64,000 nucleotides of DNA, taken from positions 960,001-1,024,000 of the forward strand of contig OZ244160.1 of assembly GCA_965216325.1 (NCBI GenBank), in the 5' to 3' direction. Below are positions 47,466-63,297 of this stretch, piece after piece. The notes under the pieces were generated by a model. The model worked only from the letters and a program-made list of their open reading frames with translations, did not search any database and was not told the DNA's origin. The position numbers and the translations under genes are program-made. Position 1 is the stretch's first letter. Each line of letters opens with the position of its first letter. Origin of the DNA: Coraliomargarita sp. GTDB lineage: Bacteria; Verrucomicrobiota; Verrucomicrobiia; Opitutales; Coraliomargaritaceae.

Positions 47466-48653
47466 ATGTCACAAAACCAAGTGCAGGAGATTCAAGGGCT
47501 CTACGGCCCGTTTACGTTGACGGAGCGTGTGGTCCAAAAAATTTGGCTGAGGCAGGATTTTGAGACTGGGTGCCTGCAGACCGCATCCGGGAAGACTTTA
47601 CAGGTTATGGATCCCGGGCGATGGAATTTGCTAGGCGGACCTGATTTTAAGGATGCGCGATTGGCTATCGATGGGCGTGAACTGTGTGGTGATGTGGAGA
47701 TCCATTTCACGACGGCTGACTGGTATGCACATCAGCATGAGCGCAACCCAGAGTTTGATCGGGTGGTTTTGCATGTCGTGTTGCATCCAGAACAGGGCCA
47801 AGCTATGCAGGTAGTCACTAGTCAAGGTGTCGAGCCGGAATTGCTTTGCCTGATGCCGCTACTGAACCGAGACTTGGAAGCCTATGCAATGGACGATGCG
47901 CTTCTGGAACTGGAGCAGGTTGATGAGCTCGAGTGGGTTGCCAAATTCTTAGATCAGGGCGCCGAACTGCAGGGCAAACAGGTGACCGCAAGCGCTGAGG
48001 CACGTTGGCAGCAAAAACTAGTCTATGCCCAAAAGCGCCTAGATCAGACGGGCTGGAAAGAGGCTGCACATCAGCTGTGTCTGGAAGTCCTCGGTTATGC
48101 GCGCAATCGAGAAACGATGAGTCGTCTGGCTTTGGCGTGCCCTTTGTCCGATTGGACGAGCGGGGCAGTTGATCCACTGCAGTGTTTTGATCACTTCGCA
48201 AACAACTGGAAGCTTGGAGGTATTCGTCCGGCCAATCATCCGAAGCGCAGATTACAGCAGTATGCTAAGGTAACGGCAGCTCATGGCGATTGGACGAAGA
48301 CGATGTTGCTTACCTTGAGAACCTTGCCTGCTGCAGAGCCGGAGCTGAGCACGGCTGAGTTTCGCAAAGCGGCGGGAATGAGTCGATTGCGGGATTCGCT
48401 ACGTAATGGTCTTTTTATTGGCGAACTGGGTGAGAAGCGCTTCAATACGCTGATGGTCGATGCGCTGTTGCCGCTGGCACATGCGGCAGGCCTCTTGGAT
48501 GCGAAAGGCTATTGGATGCATTGGCCGATGGGCGATATGCCGGTTTCGCTGAACCGATTCTTGAAGCACGCTCAGCTTGTTTCAACACAACAGCCTGTGT
48601 GCAATGGGCTCGCTCAAGGTGCTCTGGCGCTGTTTATGTCGGGCGGGAAATAA
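47466..48653 (+). CDS. DUF2851-family protein
   Basis: PGRWN..GGPDF, GDVEIH..DW..H.H, VVLHVV, RPANHP.RRL. Confidence 0.85.
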   Translation: MSQNQVQEIQGLYGPFTLTERVVQKIWLRQDFETGCLQTASGKTLQVMDPGRWNLLGGPDFKDARLAIDGRELCGDVEIHFTTADWYAHQHERNPEFDRVVLHVVLHPEQGQAMQVVTSQGVEPELLCLMPLLNRDLEAYAMDDALLELEQVDELEWVAKFLDQGAELQGKQVTASAEARWQQKLVYAQKRLDQTGWKEAAHQLCLEVLGYARNRETMSRLALACPLSDWTSGAVDPLQCFDHFANNWKLGGIRPANHPKRRLQQYAKVTAAHGDWTKTMLLTLRTLPAAEPELSTAEFRKAAGMSRLRDSLRNGLFIGELGEKRFNTLMVDALLPLAHAAGLLDAKGYWMHWPMGDMPVSLNRFLKHAQLVSTQQPVCNGLAQGALALFMSGGK

Positions 48654-48691
48654 TTCGACAAACGTTTACTAACCAATAAAAAAATAGACTT

Positions 48692-49396
48692 ATGTTCCAA
48701 CAAGAATACTCAGTTCGTTCCATGGCAGATGCCACTCCGGATAAGCGCGCGCAGTTTATCCGGCGCACTTATGCGCATCTTGCACTGGCATTGCTCGCGT
48801 TTTTGGGATTCGAGACTCTGCTTCTACAATCCGAATTTGCCGTTGGTCTAGCGCTTAAGGTCGTAAGTTCTTCATTTGGCTGGATTGCAGTCTTGGGAGC
48901 GATGATGATTGTTGGACGGATGGCATCTGGACTAGCTCATTCTACAAGTAAGCAAATACAATATGTGGGATTGGCTTTGTATGCCTTTGTCGAAGCCTGT
49001 ATTTTTCTGCCACTTATTCTGATTGCGCTGAGTATTGCAGGTGATTCGAGTTTGTTGATTCAAGCGGCAGTGATGACTGGCCTTTTATTTACTGGGCTGA
49101 CCGCGACTGTTTTTATTACTCGCACTGATTTTTCCTTTTTCAGATCAGCATTGACTGTTGGCTTCGCTGTCGCCCTTGGGCTGATTCTCTGTTCCATCTT
49201 ATTCGGCTTCACCCTAGGTTGGATATTCTCTGCAGCGATGATCGTGTTTGCCGCGGGAGCAATTCTCTACACGACTTCGAATATACTTCATCACTATCAA
49301 GAGGATCAGTATGTTGGGGCTTCGTTGGAACTCTTCTCATCCGTTGCTTTGATGCTTTGGTATATCTTGCATTTGCTGATTTCGCTGCGCGACTAA
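48692..49396 (+). CDS. Bax inhibitor-1/YccA-family membrane protein
   Basis: FIRRTYAHL, 7 TM segments, DFSF, ASLELF. Confidence 0.88.
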   Translation: MFQQEYSVRSMADATPDKRAQFIRRTYAHLALALLAFLGFETLLLQSEFAVGLALKVVSSSFGWIAVLGAMMIVGRMASGLAHSTSKQIQYVGLALYAFVEACIFLPLILIALSIAGDSSLLIQAAVMTGLLFTGLTATVFITRTDFSFFRSALTVGFAVALGLILCSILFGFTLGWIFSAAMIVFAAGAILYTTSNILHHYQEDQYVGASLELFSSVALMLWYILHLLISLRD

Positions 49397-49404
49397 TTTT
49401 CCCG

Positions 49405-49437
49405 AAAGGCCGAAGGGTTGACCTTCGGCCTTTTTTT
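49405..49437 (+). terminator. Intrinsic terminator
   Basis: GGCCGAAGG/CCTTCGGCC stem followed by T7. Confidence 0.85.
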
Positions 49438-49458
49438 GCGCTTTGTTAGATCCCGTAA

Positions 49459-50061
49459 ATGGCTGGTTTTGATGAAAATATCGTCCGCGAGTATTTCGAA
49501 CTGAATGGTTTCTTTGTCCGTCAGTTACGCAAGTATGCGGTGCAATCGCGCAAGAAGCGCGCCGATGAGGAAATCGACTTGGTGGTGTATAATCCGCAAG
49601 CCCCTGCGGAGGCACAGGATCGTGGTTTTCAGTTGTTCTCCTCGGATATGGCGAAGATTCGCCGTGCCATTGTCGTCGTGAAAGGTTGGCACACTTCGCG
49701 TTTTTCACCGGCGACCCTCAAGAGCAGTAGCAAGGTCTTTGATTTCTTGAAGAAGGACGTGCTCAACAAGGCGGAAGACTATTTCAATTTGGATGGTTCC
49801 GATGTGGAGTTGGACGATGGCGGCTTCGCCAAGATTCTGGTGCTGCCGGGGCTTCCGACCGCTGAGCCACAGCGCTCGGAGAGTATTGAGCTACTCAAGG
49901 AGCGAGGCGTCGATGGGATCATCGCCTTTAGCACGATTTTGGAAAACCTCCTTCGCAATGTGGAGGTGAACCATAGCTACCAGAAGTCAGACCTCCTGCA
50001 GTTGATGCGAATTCTGAAAATCTACGACATGGTCAAAGAGCCACAGATGAATCTGTTTTAA
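49459..50061 (+). CDS. Hypothetical protein, restriction-endonuclease-like fold, C-terminal QMNLF
   Basis: ENIVREYFELNGF...EEIDLVV...VVKGWH pattern; ends PQMNLF*. Confidence 0.7.
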   Translation: MAGFDENIVREYFELNGFFVRQLRKYAVQSRKKRADEEIDLVVYNPQAPAEAQDRGFQLFSSDMAKIRRAIVVVKGWHTSRFSPATLKSSSKVFDFLKKDVLNKAEDYFNLDGSDVELDDGGFAKILVLPGLPTAEPQRSESIELLKERGVDGIIAFSTILENLLRNVEVNHSYQKSDLLQLMRILKIYDMVKEPQMNLF

Positions 50062-50071
50062 ACTGAGGTCT

Positions 50072-50134
50072 GTAGGGCTCGTGCTTGCACGACGCCAATC
50101 GAGTGTAGAGGCATTCTGCAAGCAGAAGCCCTAC
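50072..50134. repeat. GTAG-type REP doublet (third family)
   Basis: GTAGGGCTCGTGCTTGCACGACGCC ... GGCATTCTGCAAGCAGAAGCCCTAC. Confidence 0.75.
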
Positions 50135-50156
50135 CAGGCATTGGAAATACGCTCTC

Positions 50157-52232
<2,076 letters not shown>

Positions 52233-52519
52233 TCAGTCGAAATTGGAAATGTGAAATTCGTGTGGGTAGTGAATGGCAGGAAGGCAAATTCCATCCATGG
52301 ATCAAGGCCTATGTGCCCGAAAGGCTGAAAATCCTCTCATTTGTTCTCGGCGGAAGCCTGCGTCAAATAGCAGTAGGGCTTTGGTGTTCAATTAGTTGCG
52401 TTGATGATTTTGGCCGCTACGCATCGGCCCTGCGGACGATCTCAAAAAAAATTGTATTTCTTGGCCACTAACGGTCCTTTTTACTTACCATTTGAGGAAA
52501 TAAATACTAGTCTTCATTC

Positions 52520-54340
52520 ATGACTACTACACAAACCATCCCTACCTTTAGCTCACCCAAGACGAATCACACTGCGCTGCTCAAATGGATCGAGAAAATG
52601 GTGATTCTTTGTGAGCCCGACGCCGTCCATTGGTGTGATGGCTCACAGGAAGAAGCCGATCAACTGTTTGCCCTGATGATTGACAAGGGCATGTGCGTGA
52701 AGCTCAACGAAAAGCTCCGCCCGAATAGTTATTTGTTCCGTTCGGACCCAAATGATGTGGCTCGGGTCGAATCCAAGACCTTCATCTGTTCGCAGAATAA
52801 AGACGGTGCCGGCCCAACCAACAATTGGGAAGAGCCGCGGAAAATGCGCCGTAAGATGAAGCGCTTGTTTAAGGGCTGTATGCACGGACGTACGATGTAT
52901 GTGATTCCGTTCAGTATGGGGCCTGTCGGCGGGCCGATCTCGAAGGTCGGTGTCGAATTGACGGACTCACCTTATGTTGTGGTGAACATGCGGATCATGG
53001 CGCGCATCGGTGATCCGGTGTTGGATGTGCTGGGTAAGGACGGGTTCTTTGTGCCTTGCTTACACTCCGTCGGTTGCCCCTTGGATGAAGGTGTCGAGGA
53101 TGTGCCTTGGCCCTGCGATCCGGATAACACGCATATCGTTCACTTTCCGGAGGAGCGCACGATCGTTTCGTATGGATCGGGTTACGGAGGCAATGCCTTG
53201 CTGGGTAAAAAGTGTTTGGCCTTGCGTATCGCGTCGACATTGGCCCGCGACGAAGGCTGGATGGCCGAGCACATGCTGATTCTCGGCGTGGAGGAGCCGG
53301 ATGGTCGCAAAACCTATGTTACGGCAGCCTTCCCAAGTGCCTGCGGCAAAACGAATTTCGCAATGGTCATTCCTCCCAAGGAAATGGAGGGCTATAAAGT
53401 TACCTGCGTCGGCGATGACATTGCTTGGATCAAACCCGGACCGGACGGCTGTCTGTATGCCATCAATCCTGAGGCTGGGTTCTTTGGTGTCGCTCCCGGG
53501 ACCTCTTACCAGACCAATCCAAGTGCAATGGATTCCTGTGCAAAGGATTCAATTTTCACCAATGTGGCGCTTACGGACGAGGGCGATGTCTGGTGGGAAG
53601 GTATGACCGATGAAGCACCGACTCACTTGATTGACTGGAAGGGCAACGACTGGACTCCGGAGAGTGAGACGCCGTCCTCTCACCCGAACAGCCGCTTTAC
53701 CGCGCCGGCTGCGAACTGCCCCGTGATCGACCCTGATTGGGAAAAACCCGAGGGTGTGCGCATCCACGCCATGGTCTTCGGTGGACGCCGCATGAGCGAT
53801 GTGCCTTTGGTGACACAAGCTTTCAACTGGGGACACGGCGTCTATCTCGGCGCAACCACGGGTTCCGAAATGACTGCCGCCGCCGAGGGTACCATGGGCG
53901 CACTTCGTCGTGATCCGATGGCGATGTTGCCATTCTGTGGCTACCACATGGCCGACTACTTCCGCCACTGGATTAAGATGCAGCGCAAGCTCAAAGAGAC
54001 ACCGCGCATCTTTAACGTGAATTGGTTCCGTAAAGACGCAGAGGGCAATTGGCTGTGGCCGGGATTCGGTGAAAATATGCGTCCACTCAAATGGATCGTT
54101 GAGCGTGCGACTGGTCGCGCCAGTGGTAAAGAGACACCGATTGGTTGGATGCCACGCTATCAGGATCTCGATTGGCGTGGCCTGGACATGAGTGAAGACG
54201 ATTTCGAGAAGCTCATGCACATCGACCGTGAGCGTCTGCGCATGCAAACACTCCAACACGAAGAACTCTTCCTGAAGTTGCACTCGCACTTACCGAAGGA
54301 AATGATCTTCGAGCGCGAGTTGTTGATTTCGCGACTGTAG
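52520..54340 (+). CDS. pckG: Phosphoenolpyruvate carboxykinase (GTP)
   Basis: [53 protein letters not shown]. Confidence 0.97.
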   Translation: MTTTQTIPTFSSPKTNHTALLKWIEKMVILCEPDAVHWCDGSQEEADQLFALMIDKGMCVKLNEKLRPNSYLFRSDPNDVARVESKTFICSQNKDGAGPTNNWEEPRKMRRKMKRLFKGCMHGRTMYVIPFSMGPVGGPISKVGVELTDSPYVVVNMRIMARIGDPVLDVLGKDGFFVPCLHSVGCPLDEGVEDVPWPCDPDNTHIVHFPEERTIVSYGSGYGGNALLGKKCLALRIASTLARDEGWMAEHMLILGVEEPDGRKTYVTAAFPSACGKTNFAMVIPPKEMEGYKVTCVGDDIAWIKPGPDGCLYAINPEAGFFGVAPGTSYQTNPSAMDSCAKDSIFTNVALTDEGDVWWEGMTDEAPTHLIDWKGNDWTPESETPSSHPNSRFTAPAANCPVIDPDWEKPEGVRIHAMVFGGRRMSDVPLVTQAFNWGHGVYLGATTGSEMTAAAEGTMGALRRDPMAMLPFCGYHMADYFRHWIKMQRKLKETPRIFNVNWFRKDAEGNWLWPGFGENMRPLKWIVERATGRASGKETPIGWMPRYQDLDWRGLDMSEDDFEKLMHIDRERLRMQTLQHEELFLKLHSHLPKEMIFERELLISRL

Positions 54341-54383
54341 CGGCGAACCTACGTTGGCACGGGAAAATATCCTAACACATTGT

Positions 54384-54426
54384 GCCTCTCGGCTTGTCTT
54401 TTATGACTAAGCCGAGAGGCTTCTTT
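54384..54426 (+). terminator. Intrinsic terminator after pckG
   Basis: GCCTCTCGGCTT...AAGCCGAGAGGC followed by TTCTTT. Confidence 0.75.
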
Positions 54427-54430
54427 GACT

Positions 54431-55219
54431 ATGCGACTACCAGCTTTACTCTCTTTTTTGATCGTATTTGCGACCGCCTGCACGACGGTTCCACACACAG
54501 GTCGTTCGGCATTGCATCTAGTGCCAGAAAGCGAACTCGAATCTCAGGCTGCCTTGCAATTTAACCAACTCAAGCAAGAGACGCCTATTTCGACCGACCC
54601 AACGTATAACGCGATGCTGCGTCGCGTGGGCGAACGCATTGCAGATGTTGCTGCGCCGGATATGCCGACTGCGAATCCGGACTGGGAGTTTGTGGTGTTT
54701 GATGATGATTCGCAACTCAACGCCTTTGCGATGCCGGGTGGCAAGGTCGCGGTGTATACGGGAATTTTTCGCATCGCGAAAACGGATGATGACCTTGCAG
54801 TTGTCGTTGGCCACGAGATTGCACACGTGGTGGCACGACACGGTAATGAGCGTGTTTCCCAGCAAATCGCGGCTGGCGTGATTGGCGCAGGGCTAGCGGT
54901 TGGCACCCATGACATGGATAGCGGCGAGCGTGCTGCTATTTTGGCGGCCTACGGTGCGGGAGCGTCCCTTGGTGTGCTCTTGCCCTATAGCCGCACCCAT
55001 GAGACCGAGGCGGACCGCATCGGCTTGATCTATTCAGCGAAGGCTGGCTATAATCCGATGGCCGCAATTGAATTTTGGGAACTTATGGAAGCTGAGAGTA
55101 GTGGAGGTGCTCCACCAGAGTTTCTGTCCACGCACCCGGCGGGCACTACACGCATCAATAATATCAAACGCCAGTTACCCGAGGTCATGCCGCTCTACCG
55201 TGAAGCGCGCAATCGCTAG
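54431..55219 (+). CDS. M48-family metallopeptidase lipoprotein
   Basis: Lipobox FATAC, NAFAMPGG, GHEIAH, ETEAD, FLSTHP. Confidence 0.93.
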   Translation: MRLPALLSFLIVFATACTTVPHTGRSALHLVPESELESQAALQFNQLKQETPISTDPTYNAMLRRVGERIADVAAPDMPTANPDWEFVVFDDDSQLNAFAMPGGKVAVYTGIFRIAKTDDDLAVVVGHEIAHVVARHGNERVSQQIAAGVIGAGLAVGTHDMDSGERAAILAAYGAGASLGVLLPYSRTHETEADRIGLIYSAKAGYNPMAAIEFWELMEAESSGGAPPEFLSTHPAGTTRINNIKRQLPEVMPLYREARNR

Positions 55220-55273
55220 TAGTGACGTAATACGGTTGCCAATCGGTGGATTCTCCTGCCTGTAGTGTGCGCA

Positions 55274-56647
55274 ATGATCGATCCTGTCGAAACCCTCAAA
55301 GAATACATCCGTCACGCATCCGTTTCTACGGATCCAGTTTACGCCGAAGGCATGCAGGGCGCACGCGATTACGCGACTGGCCTGCTTGAGACGCTGGGGT
55401 TCCAAGTTGATCTCGTCGAAACCGAGTTGCACCCCATCATTCTCGCCGAGCGCTTTGGCAATCCAGACTGGCCGCATATCGCTATCTATGGCCACTATGA
55501 TGTGCAGCCTGCGGACCCCTTTGAGGAATGGACCTCTGAGGCCTTCGAACCGGAAGTGCGTGGCACGCGACTCTATGGTCGTGGCACCGCTGATAACAAG
55601 GGCCCGACAATTGTTCACATGGCCGCGCTGTCACGTGTGTTGGAAGCACACCCGGATCTTCCGCTGAATCTGACCTACGTTATTGAGGGGGAAGAGGAGA
55701 TTGGCAGCCCAAGTATGCCAAAGTTCTTCGATCAATATGCGGAGCGTCTCTCTAAGGCGGATTTTATTTTGGTATCGGACACCGGCAGCCCAAACACCGA
55801 GCAGATCGTGGTGACCACTGCACTGCGTGGTTTGGTCGACATGGAACTTACCGTGCGTGGCCCGAAGGTCGATTTGCACTCCGGGATTCATGGCGGCGCG
55901 GTGTATAACCCACTTCAAGCGCTGATGGAGATCGGCGCCTCACTGCACAATGCCGATGGCAGCGTGAATGTGCCAGGCTTCTATGATGACGTTTTGCCGG
56001 TCTACGACTGGGAACGTGAGGAATTGAAACGTTACCCCGAATCCGAGGAAAGCTATCGCGAACTGATTGGCGTGCCGGGCTTCATGCCGGCCAATGGTCT
56101 CTCACCTCTCGAGGCGGTGCGTTTTGGCCCTACGTTGGAATTCAACGGCATTGGTGGCGGTTACCAAGGAGAGGGCAGCAAGACGGTGATTCCGCGCGAA
56201 GCCTTTGCCAAGATTACCTGCCGCATGGTGGCCAATCAGGACCCCCAGATGATTCAGGATCAGATTGTCGCCGCGATTGAGGCACGAGCGCCGAAAGGTG
56301 TAACCGTTGAAATTCGCCGTGGTCCCGTCGCACCGGCCTATTTGGTGGTTCCGCCGAGCCGTCCAAACACGCCTGCGGATCAACCGGCTTCCTTGGCGCG
56401 CGCGTTTGAATCGGTCGACGCTTCGATCGCGCAAAACTTTGGCAAAGCCCCGATCTATCTCCGTGAGGGCGGCAGTATCCCAGTGATTGCTGACTTCAAG
56501 AAGCGGGCAGGATTGGATGCGCTAATGGTCGGTCTCTTTACGCCAGTTGACAATTTGCACGCACCCGACGAGAGCTTCGACTTGAAGCTCATGGAAAACG
56601 CCATTGCGACCTTTGAGCAGTTCTTCAAGGATCTCGCCCAAGTGTAA
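55274..56647 (+). CDS. M20-family dipeptidase/deacylase
   Basis: YGHYDVQP, GRGTADNKG, EGEEEIGS, DLHSG, GGSIP, HAPDE. Confidence 0.93.
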   Translation: MIDPVETLKEYIRHASVSTDPVYAEGMQGARDYATGLLETLGFQVDLVETELHPIILAERFGNPDWPHIAIYGHYDVQPADPFEEWTSEAFEPEVRGTRLYGRGTADNKGPTIVHMAALSRVLEAHPDLPLNLTYVIEGEEEIGSPSMPKFFDQYAERLSKADFILVSDTGSPNTEQIVVTTALRGLVDMELTVRGPKVDLHSGIHGGAVYNPLQALMEIGASLHNADGSVNVPGFYDDVLPVYDWEREELKRYPESEESYRELIGVPGFMPANGLSPLEAVRFGPTLEFNGIGGGYQGEGSKTVIPREAFAKITCRMVANQDPQMIQDQIVAAIEARAPKGVTVEIRRGPVAPAYLVVPPSRPNTPADQPASLARAFESVDASIAQNFGKAPIYLREGGSIPVIADFKKRAGLDALMVGLFTPVDNLHAPDESFDLKLMENAIATFEQFFKDLAQV

Positions 56648-56669
56648 TCAACCCTAATTTCGCAGTCCC

Positions 56670-57335
56670 ATGCCCAGCGCTACCGTCGAAGATTATATTA
56701 AGCACATCTACGTTGTTGCTGAGAAATCCAATTCCAGCGAGGTCCCGATGGGGCGTATCGCAGAGGCCTTGGATGTGGTGCCCGGCACGGCGACGACAAT
56801 GGTTAAAGCCCTATCGGATGCGGGATTGGTCAATTACGTGCCACGCGTTGGCGTTGAGCTGACGGAGCCCGGGCGCAAGTTGGCACTTCATGTCTTACGT
56901 CGTCACCGGCTAATTGAGCAGTTCCTCGTCGAAGTGCTCGGTTTCGACTGGTCGGAGGTGCATGACGAGGCCGAGCAACTCGAGCACGTCGTCTCCGACT
57001 TACTTTTGGAGCGAATCGACAAATATCTAGGTCACCCCACAGAAGATCCACACGGCGACCCGATTCCATCAGCTGCCGGTGAGATGAATCAACGCAGCGT
57101 GGAGAGTTTGGCCGAATGTCCACTGAATGAGCCCCTGACTGTCGCGCGTATCAGCGATCAGGATACCGACTTTTTGCAATACATTGCTCGCAAGGGACTC
57201 AATTTGGGCGTCTCCGTGCAAGTGGACGAGCGCAACAAGAGCGCGGAGTCGGTCGAAGTTACGGTCGGCGAGGGGGACTCAGCTAAGACACTGGTCTTGG
57301 GGCTTGGCGCAGCAGCGAAGGTTTGGGTGAGCTAG
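56670..57335 (+). CDS. DtxR/MntR-family metal-dependent regulator with FeoA domain
   Basis: EDYIK, RRHRLIE, VHDEAEQLEH, DPHGDPIP. Confidence 0.93.
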   Translation: MPSATVEDYIKHIYVVAEKSNSSEVPMGRIAEALDVVPGTATTMVKALSDAGLVNYVPRVGVELTEPGRKLALHVLRRHRLIEQFLVEVLGFDWSEVHDEAEQLEHVVSDLLLERIDKYLGHPTEDPHGDPIPSAAGEMNQRSVESLAECPLNEPLTVARISDQDTDFLQYIARKGLNLGVSVQVDERNKSAESVEVTVGEGDSAKTLVLGLGAAAKVWVS

Positions 57336-57401
57336 GGGTCGATATCCTTATCGAACCGCTCATCAATAGCCTTTCGGCGCGTTAAGGATAACGCGCCCTA
57401 C
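57332..57401. repeat. GTAG-type REP inverted doublet (family A, opposite orientation)
   Basis: TAGGGGTCGATATCCTTATCGAACCGC ... GGCGCGTTAAGGATAACGCGCCCTAC. Confidence 0.88.
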
Positions 57402-57416
57402 CTTTAGGGCGTCGCC

Positions 57417-57866
57417 TTATTCCGACTCGTCGGTCGGGATTGCATTATCCACGGGCACTGCAATGACCGGCGTCTTGGTTTTCACCCAGACATTTTGCTC
57501 CTTCAGGATCTTTGCACTGACGGCTTCGCAGGCCTCACCGATGGTTTGCACTGGCATGCGGCGGCCCTTCGGGGTGGTGTTGAATTCGTAGGCTGCTGCG
57601 ATGACCTTCTGTGGCGCAGTCATCATATTGTCCTCTTCTGGAATCTGTAGCACCCAGCCAGTAATGTCCTTGTCCGCAAGTGCACCCTCGGCATCGGAAA
57701 GCATGACGACGAATTGCTTCTTCACCGGAGGCGGGCGATTGGCCTTTTCCTCTTCTTCAGCCTGCAGCTCCATTTTCACGTCATTCATGATCTCGTTGAT
57801 CTTACGAATGTCGGTCTCGTTGCGTTGCAGGATGAATTTAAGCGTTTCGACGTCGATTTTGGGCAT
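57417..57866 (-). CDS. Hypothetical protein
   Basis: 149-aa ORF with host-like codon usage that fills the gap between neighbours. Confidence 0.7.
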   Translation of the reverse strand: MPKIDVETLKFILQRNETDIRKINEIMNDVKMELQAEEEEKANRPPPVKKQFVVMLSDAEGALADKDITGWVLQIPEEDNMMTAPQKVIAAAYEFNTTPKGRRMPVQTIGEACEAVSAKILKEQNVWVKTKTPVIAVPVDNAIPTDESE

Positions 57867-58004
57867 GATGCAAAAGTGAGTTGGATAAAAGTGTTGGATT
57901 CACGATGCAGAGGAATCTCGTGGCGGGGCAAGTCTGAATAGTCTATTCGTTGACTTCATCGCTGAATCCGCCTTTTAACCTACGGCTTTTCTGTTTCCGA
58001 ATCC

Positions 58005-61016
<3,012 letters not shown>

Positions 61017-61017
61017 T

Positions 61018-61551
61018 CTATAGCGCCTTACTGAAGTGATCGACTACGGATTGAAACTGGCTGGCGAGAACGGGGTCTGTGATGCCGGATTCTGCACTGA
61101 AGTTGTCGTTATAACTTGGCAGTGAAAAGCTGGCTTTGATGTCGGCTCCGAGGTGCGGGAAGGTCGCGTTCGCTGCGGCCATGACGCTCGCTCCACCGCG
61201 TGCGCCAGGCGATGTGCTGAGGAGCAGCATTGGCTTTTCCGACCAGAGCTTTTGCTCGTGGCGTGAGGCCCAATCCAGCACGTTTTTGAAGGCTGCGGTG
61301 TAGCTGCCGTTGTGCTCTGCAAGGGAAAGGATGATGGCATCGGCACCTTGGATGTGCTCAATAAACTCAACGGCTGTTTCAGAAACACCGTCCTCGGCTT
61401 CGCGCTCCGGCGAGTAAAGCGGCATCTCGAAATCGTTGAGATCGAGCACGTAGTATTGGCAGTCCTTGAGGAGGGTGCCCGCATGTGCGGCAAGGGTGCG
61501 GTTGATGGATGTGCTGCTGTTGCTAGCGCCGATAACAAGGATCTTTTTCAT
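61018..61551 (-). CDS. NADPH-dependent FMN reductase
   Basis: ASNSSTSIN, AEHNGSYTAAFKNVLDW, STSPGARGG. Confidence 0.92.
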   Translation of the reverse strand: MKKILVIGASNSSTSINRTLAAHAGTLLKDCQYYVLDLNDFEMPLYSPEREAEDGVSETAVEFIEHIQGADAIILSLAEHNGSYTAAFKNVLDWASRHEQKLWSEKPMLLLSTSPGARGGASVMAAANATFPHLGADIKASFSLPSYNDNFSAESGITDPVLASQFQSVVDHFSKAL

Positions 61552-61583
61552 CAGGATAGTGTGTGGTTGCTTGCGATTCTATA

Positions 61584-61613
61584 GCCACGAAAAACACGAA
61601 AAGGCACAAAAAG
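61584..61613. repeat. CACGAAAAA-type nonamer arm
   Basis: gccacgaaaaacacgaaaaggcacaaaaag. Confidence 0.6.
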
Positions 61614-61629
61614 CGAACCGAGGAATGAG

Positions 61630-63225
61630 TTATTTGCAGGCGGCTTCGGCACAGCGGATGCCGTCGAGCGCGGCGCTGACGATTCCGCCTGCAAAACCGG
61701 CACCTTCACCACAGGGGTAGAGGCCTTTGACTTCGGGGTGCTCTAGGCTGTTGCTATCGCGTGGTATCCGCACAGGCGAGCTGGTGCGTGTTTCGAAACC
61801 AATCAGGTTGCAGTCTTGGGTGATGTAGCCGCGCATTTGTTTGCCAAAGAGTGTCAGGCCCCGGCGCATACGATCCGTGATCCAATCGGGGAGGAGCTCA
61901 TCGATGCGTGCAGGCACGATACCTGGGAAATAGCTGGTGTCGGGCAAGTCTTGGGAATCACGGCCTTTAAGGAAGTCGGTCACACGTTGCCCCGGAGCAA
62001 TTTGGCCAGTGCCACCGCCTGCTTGCTTGGCGGCAACTTCCAAAGCCTTCTGAAAGGCAATGCCAGCGAGCACGCCATGTTCTTTGATAAAGGGCTCGGT
62101 GTCTTCGGGCTCAACGGTGACGACCATGCCACTGTTGGCGAAAGGGGAGTCACGGCGTGCTAGGCTCATACCGTTGACGACCACTTCGTCGTTCTCGGTG
62201 GCAGCCGGCACAATGAAGCCGCCTGGGCACATGCAGAAGGAGTGGACACCACGGTCGTCGATCTTGGTCGCGAGTCGATAACTGGCCGCAGGCAAGAGGC
62301 GAGGGCGCTCTTGATCGATGGGTGTGTGGTATTGGAGGCTGTCGATGAGCGGCTGCGGGTGCTCGATGCGCACGCCGACAGCGAAGGGCTTTTGCTCCAA
62401 GCGAACACCTGCATGGTGTAGCAACTGATAGATATCGCGTGCGGAGTGGCCAGTCGCAAGAATCACATGTTGACTGAGGTATTCACGGTCGTCAGCAGTG
62501 TGAACTCCATTAACCTGACCCTTTTCAATTAGGAACTGTGTTACCTTCGCACCAAAGTGGACCTCGCCACCCGCTGCGATAATAGACTCGCGCATGGCCA
62601 TCACGACCTTCGGCAAGAGGTTGGATCCGATGTGCGGATGGGCATCAATCAGGATACGCTCGGGAGCACCGTGGGCGACCAGTGTTTCGTAAATTTTACG
62701 CACGGGGCCACGCTTGGTCGCACGAGTGTAAAGCTTGCCGTCGGAGAAGGTGCCGGCGCCGCCTTCGCCGAAGCAGTAGTTGGAGTCTTCAATGACAGTG
62801 CCTTTTTTGAGAATTGGGCCGAGGTCGAAACGGCGGGCCGAGGCATCTTTACCACGCTCAAGCACAATGGGCTTGAAGCCCGCTTCGATACAATTGAGTG
62901 CAGCAAACATCCCAGCCGGGCCACATCCGACTATAATGACAGGCTGGGCATCGGGCCCGAGCGCGCGGTAGTTTGGTTTGAGCTCAGGTTCTGCAGGGAG
63001 TGCCTCGTCGAGTCCTACTTCAAGACGTAATTGCACCTTGATTTGCTTCTGGCGCGCATCGATCGAGTGTTTCTTCAGCCGCATCTCGGCGATACGCACT
63101 GCGGGAACAGACAGCTTTTTCGCGACAGCCTGCGCCCAGGCAGATCGCTCCTCTGATTTTTCAAGAGGAAGAATGATGTCTACAATCTGTGGATTATTGG
63201 TCTCGTCTGAACAGCTGTCTGGCAT
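61630..63225 (-). CDS. NAD(P)/FAD-dependent oxidoreductase (uncharacterised family)
   Basis: GCGPAG, FGEGGAGTFSDGKL, ATGHSARD, SFCMCPGG, ETRTSSPV, GEGAGFAGGI. Confidence 0.9.
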   Translation of the reverse strand: MPDSCSDETNNPQIVDIILPLEKSEERSAWAQAVAKKLSVPAVRIAEMRLKKHSIDARQKQIKVQLRLEVGLDEALPAEPELKPNYRALGPDAQPVIIVGCGPAGMFAALNCIEAGFKPIVLERGKDASARRFDLGPILKKGTVIEDSNYCFGEGGAGTFSDGKLYTRATKRGPVRKIYETLVAHGAPERILIDAHPHIGSNLLPKVVMAMRESIIAAGGEVHFGAKVTQFLIEKGQVNGVHTADDREYLSQHVILATGHSARDIYQLLHHAGVRLEQKPFAVGVRIEHPQPLIDSLQYHTPIDQERPRLLPAASYRLATKIDDRGVHSFCMCPGGFIVPAATENDEVVVNGMSLARRDSPFANSGMVVTVEPEDTEPFIKEHGVLAGIAFQKALEVAAKQAGGGTGQIAPGQRVTDFLKGRDSQDLPDTSYFPGIVPARIDELLPDWITDRMRRGLTLFGKQMRGYITQDCNLIGFETRTSSPVRIPRDSNSLEHPEVKGLYPCGEGAGFAGGIVSAALDGIRCAEAACK

Positions 63226-63297
63226 GGCAGACAAGGTGGGGACTTTTTTTCGCCAAACAAGTCCTTTTCAGAGAATATGCTGTAGCTACTCAAGAGC

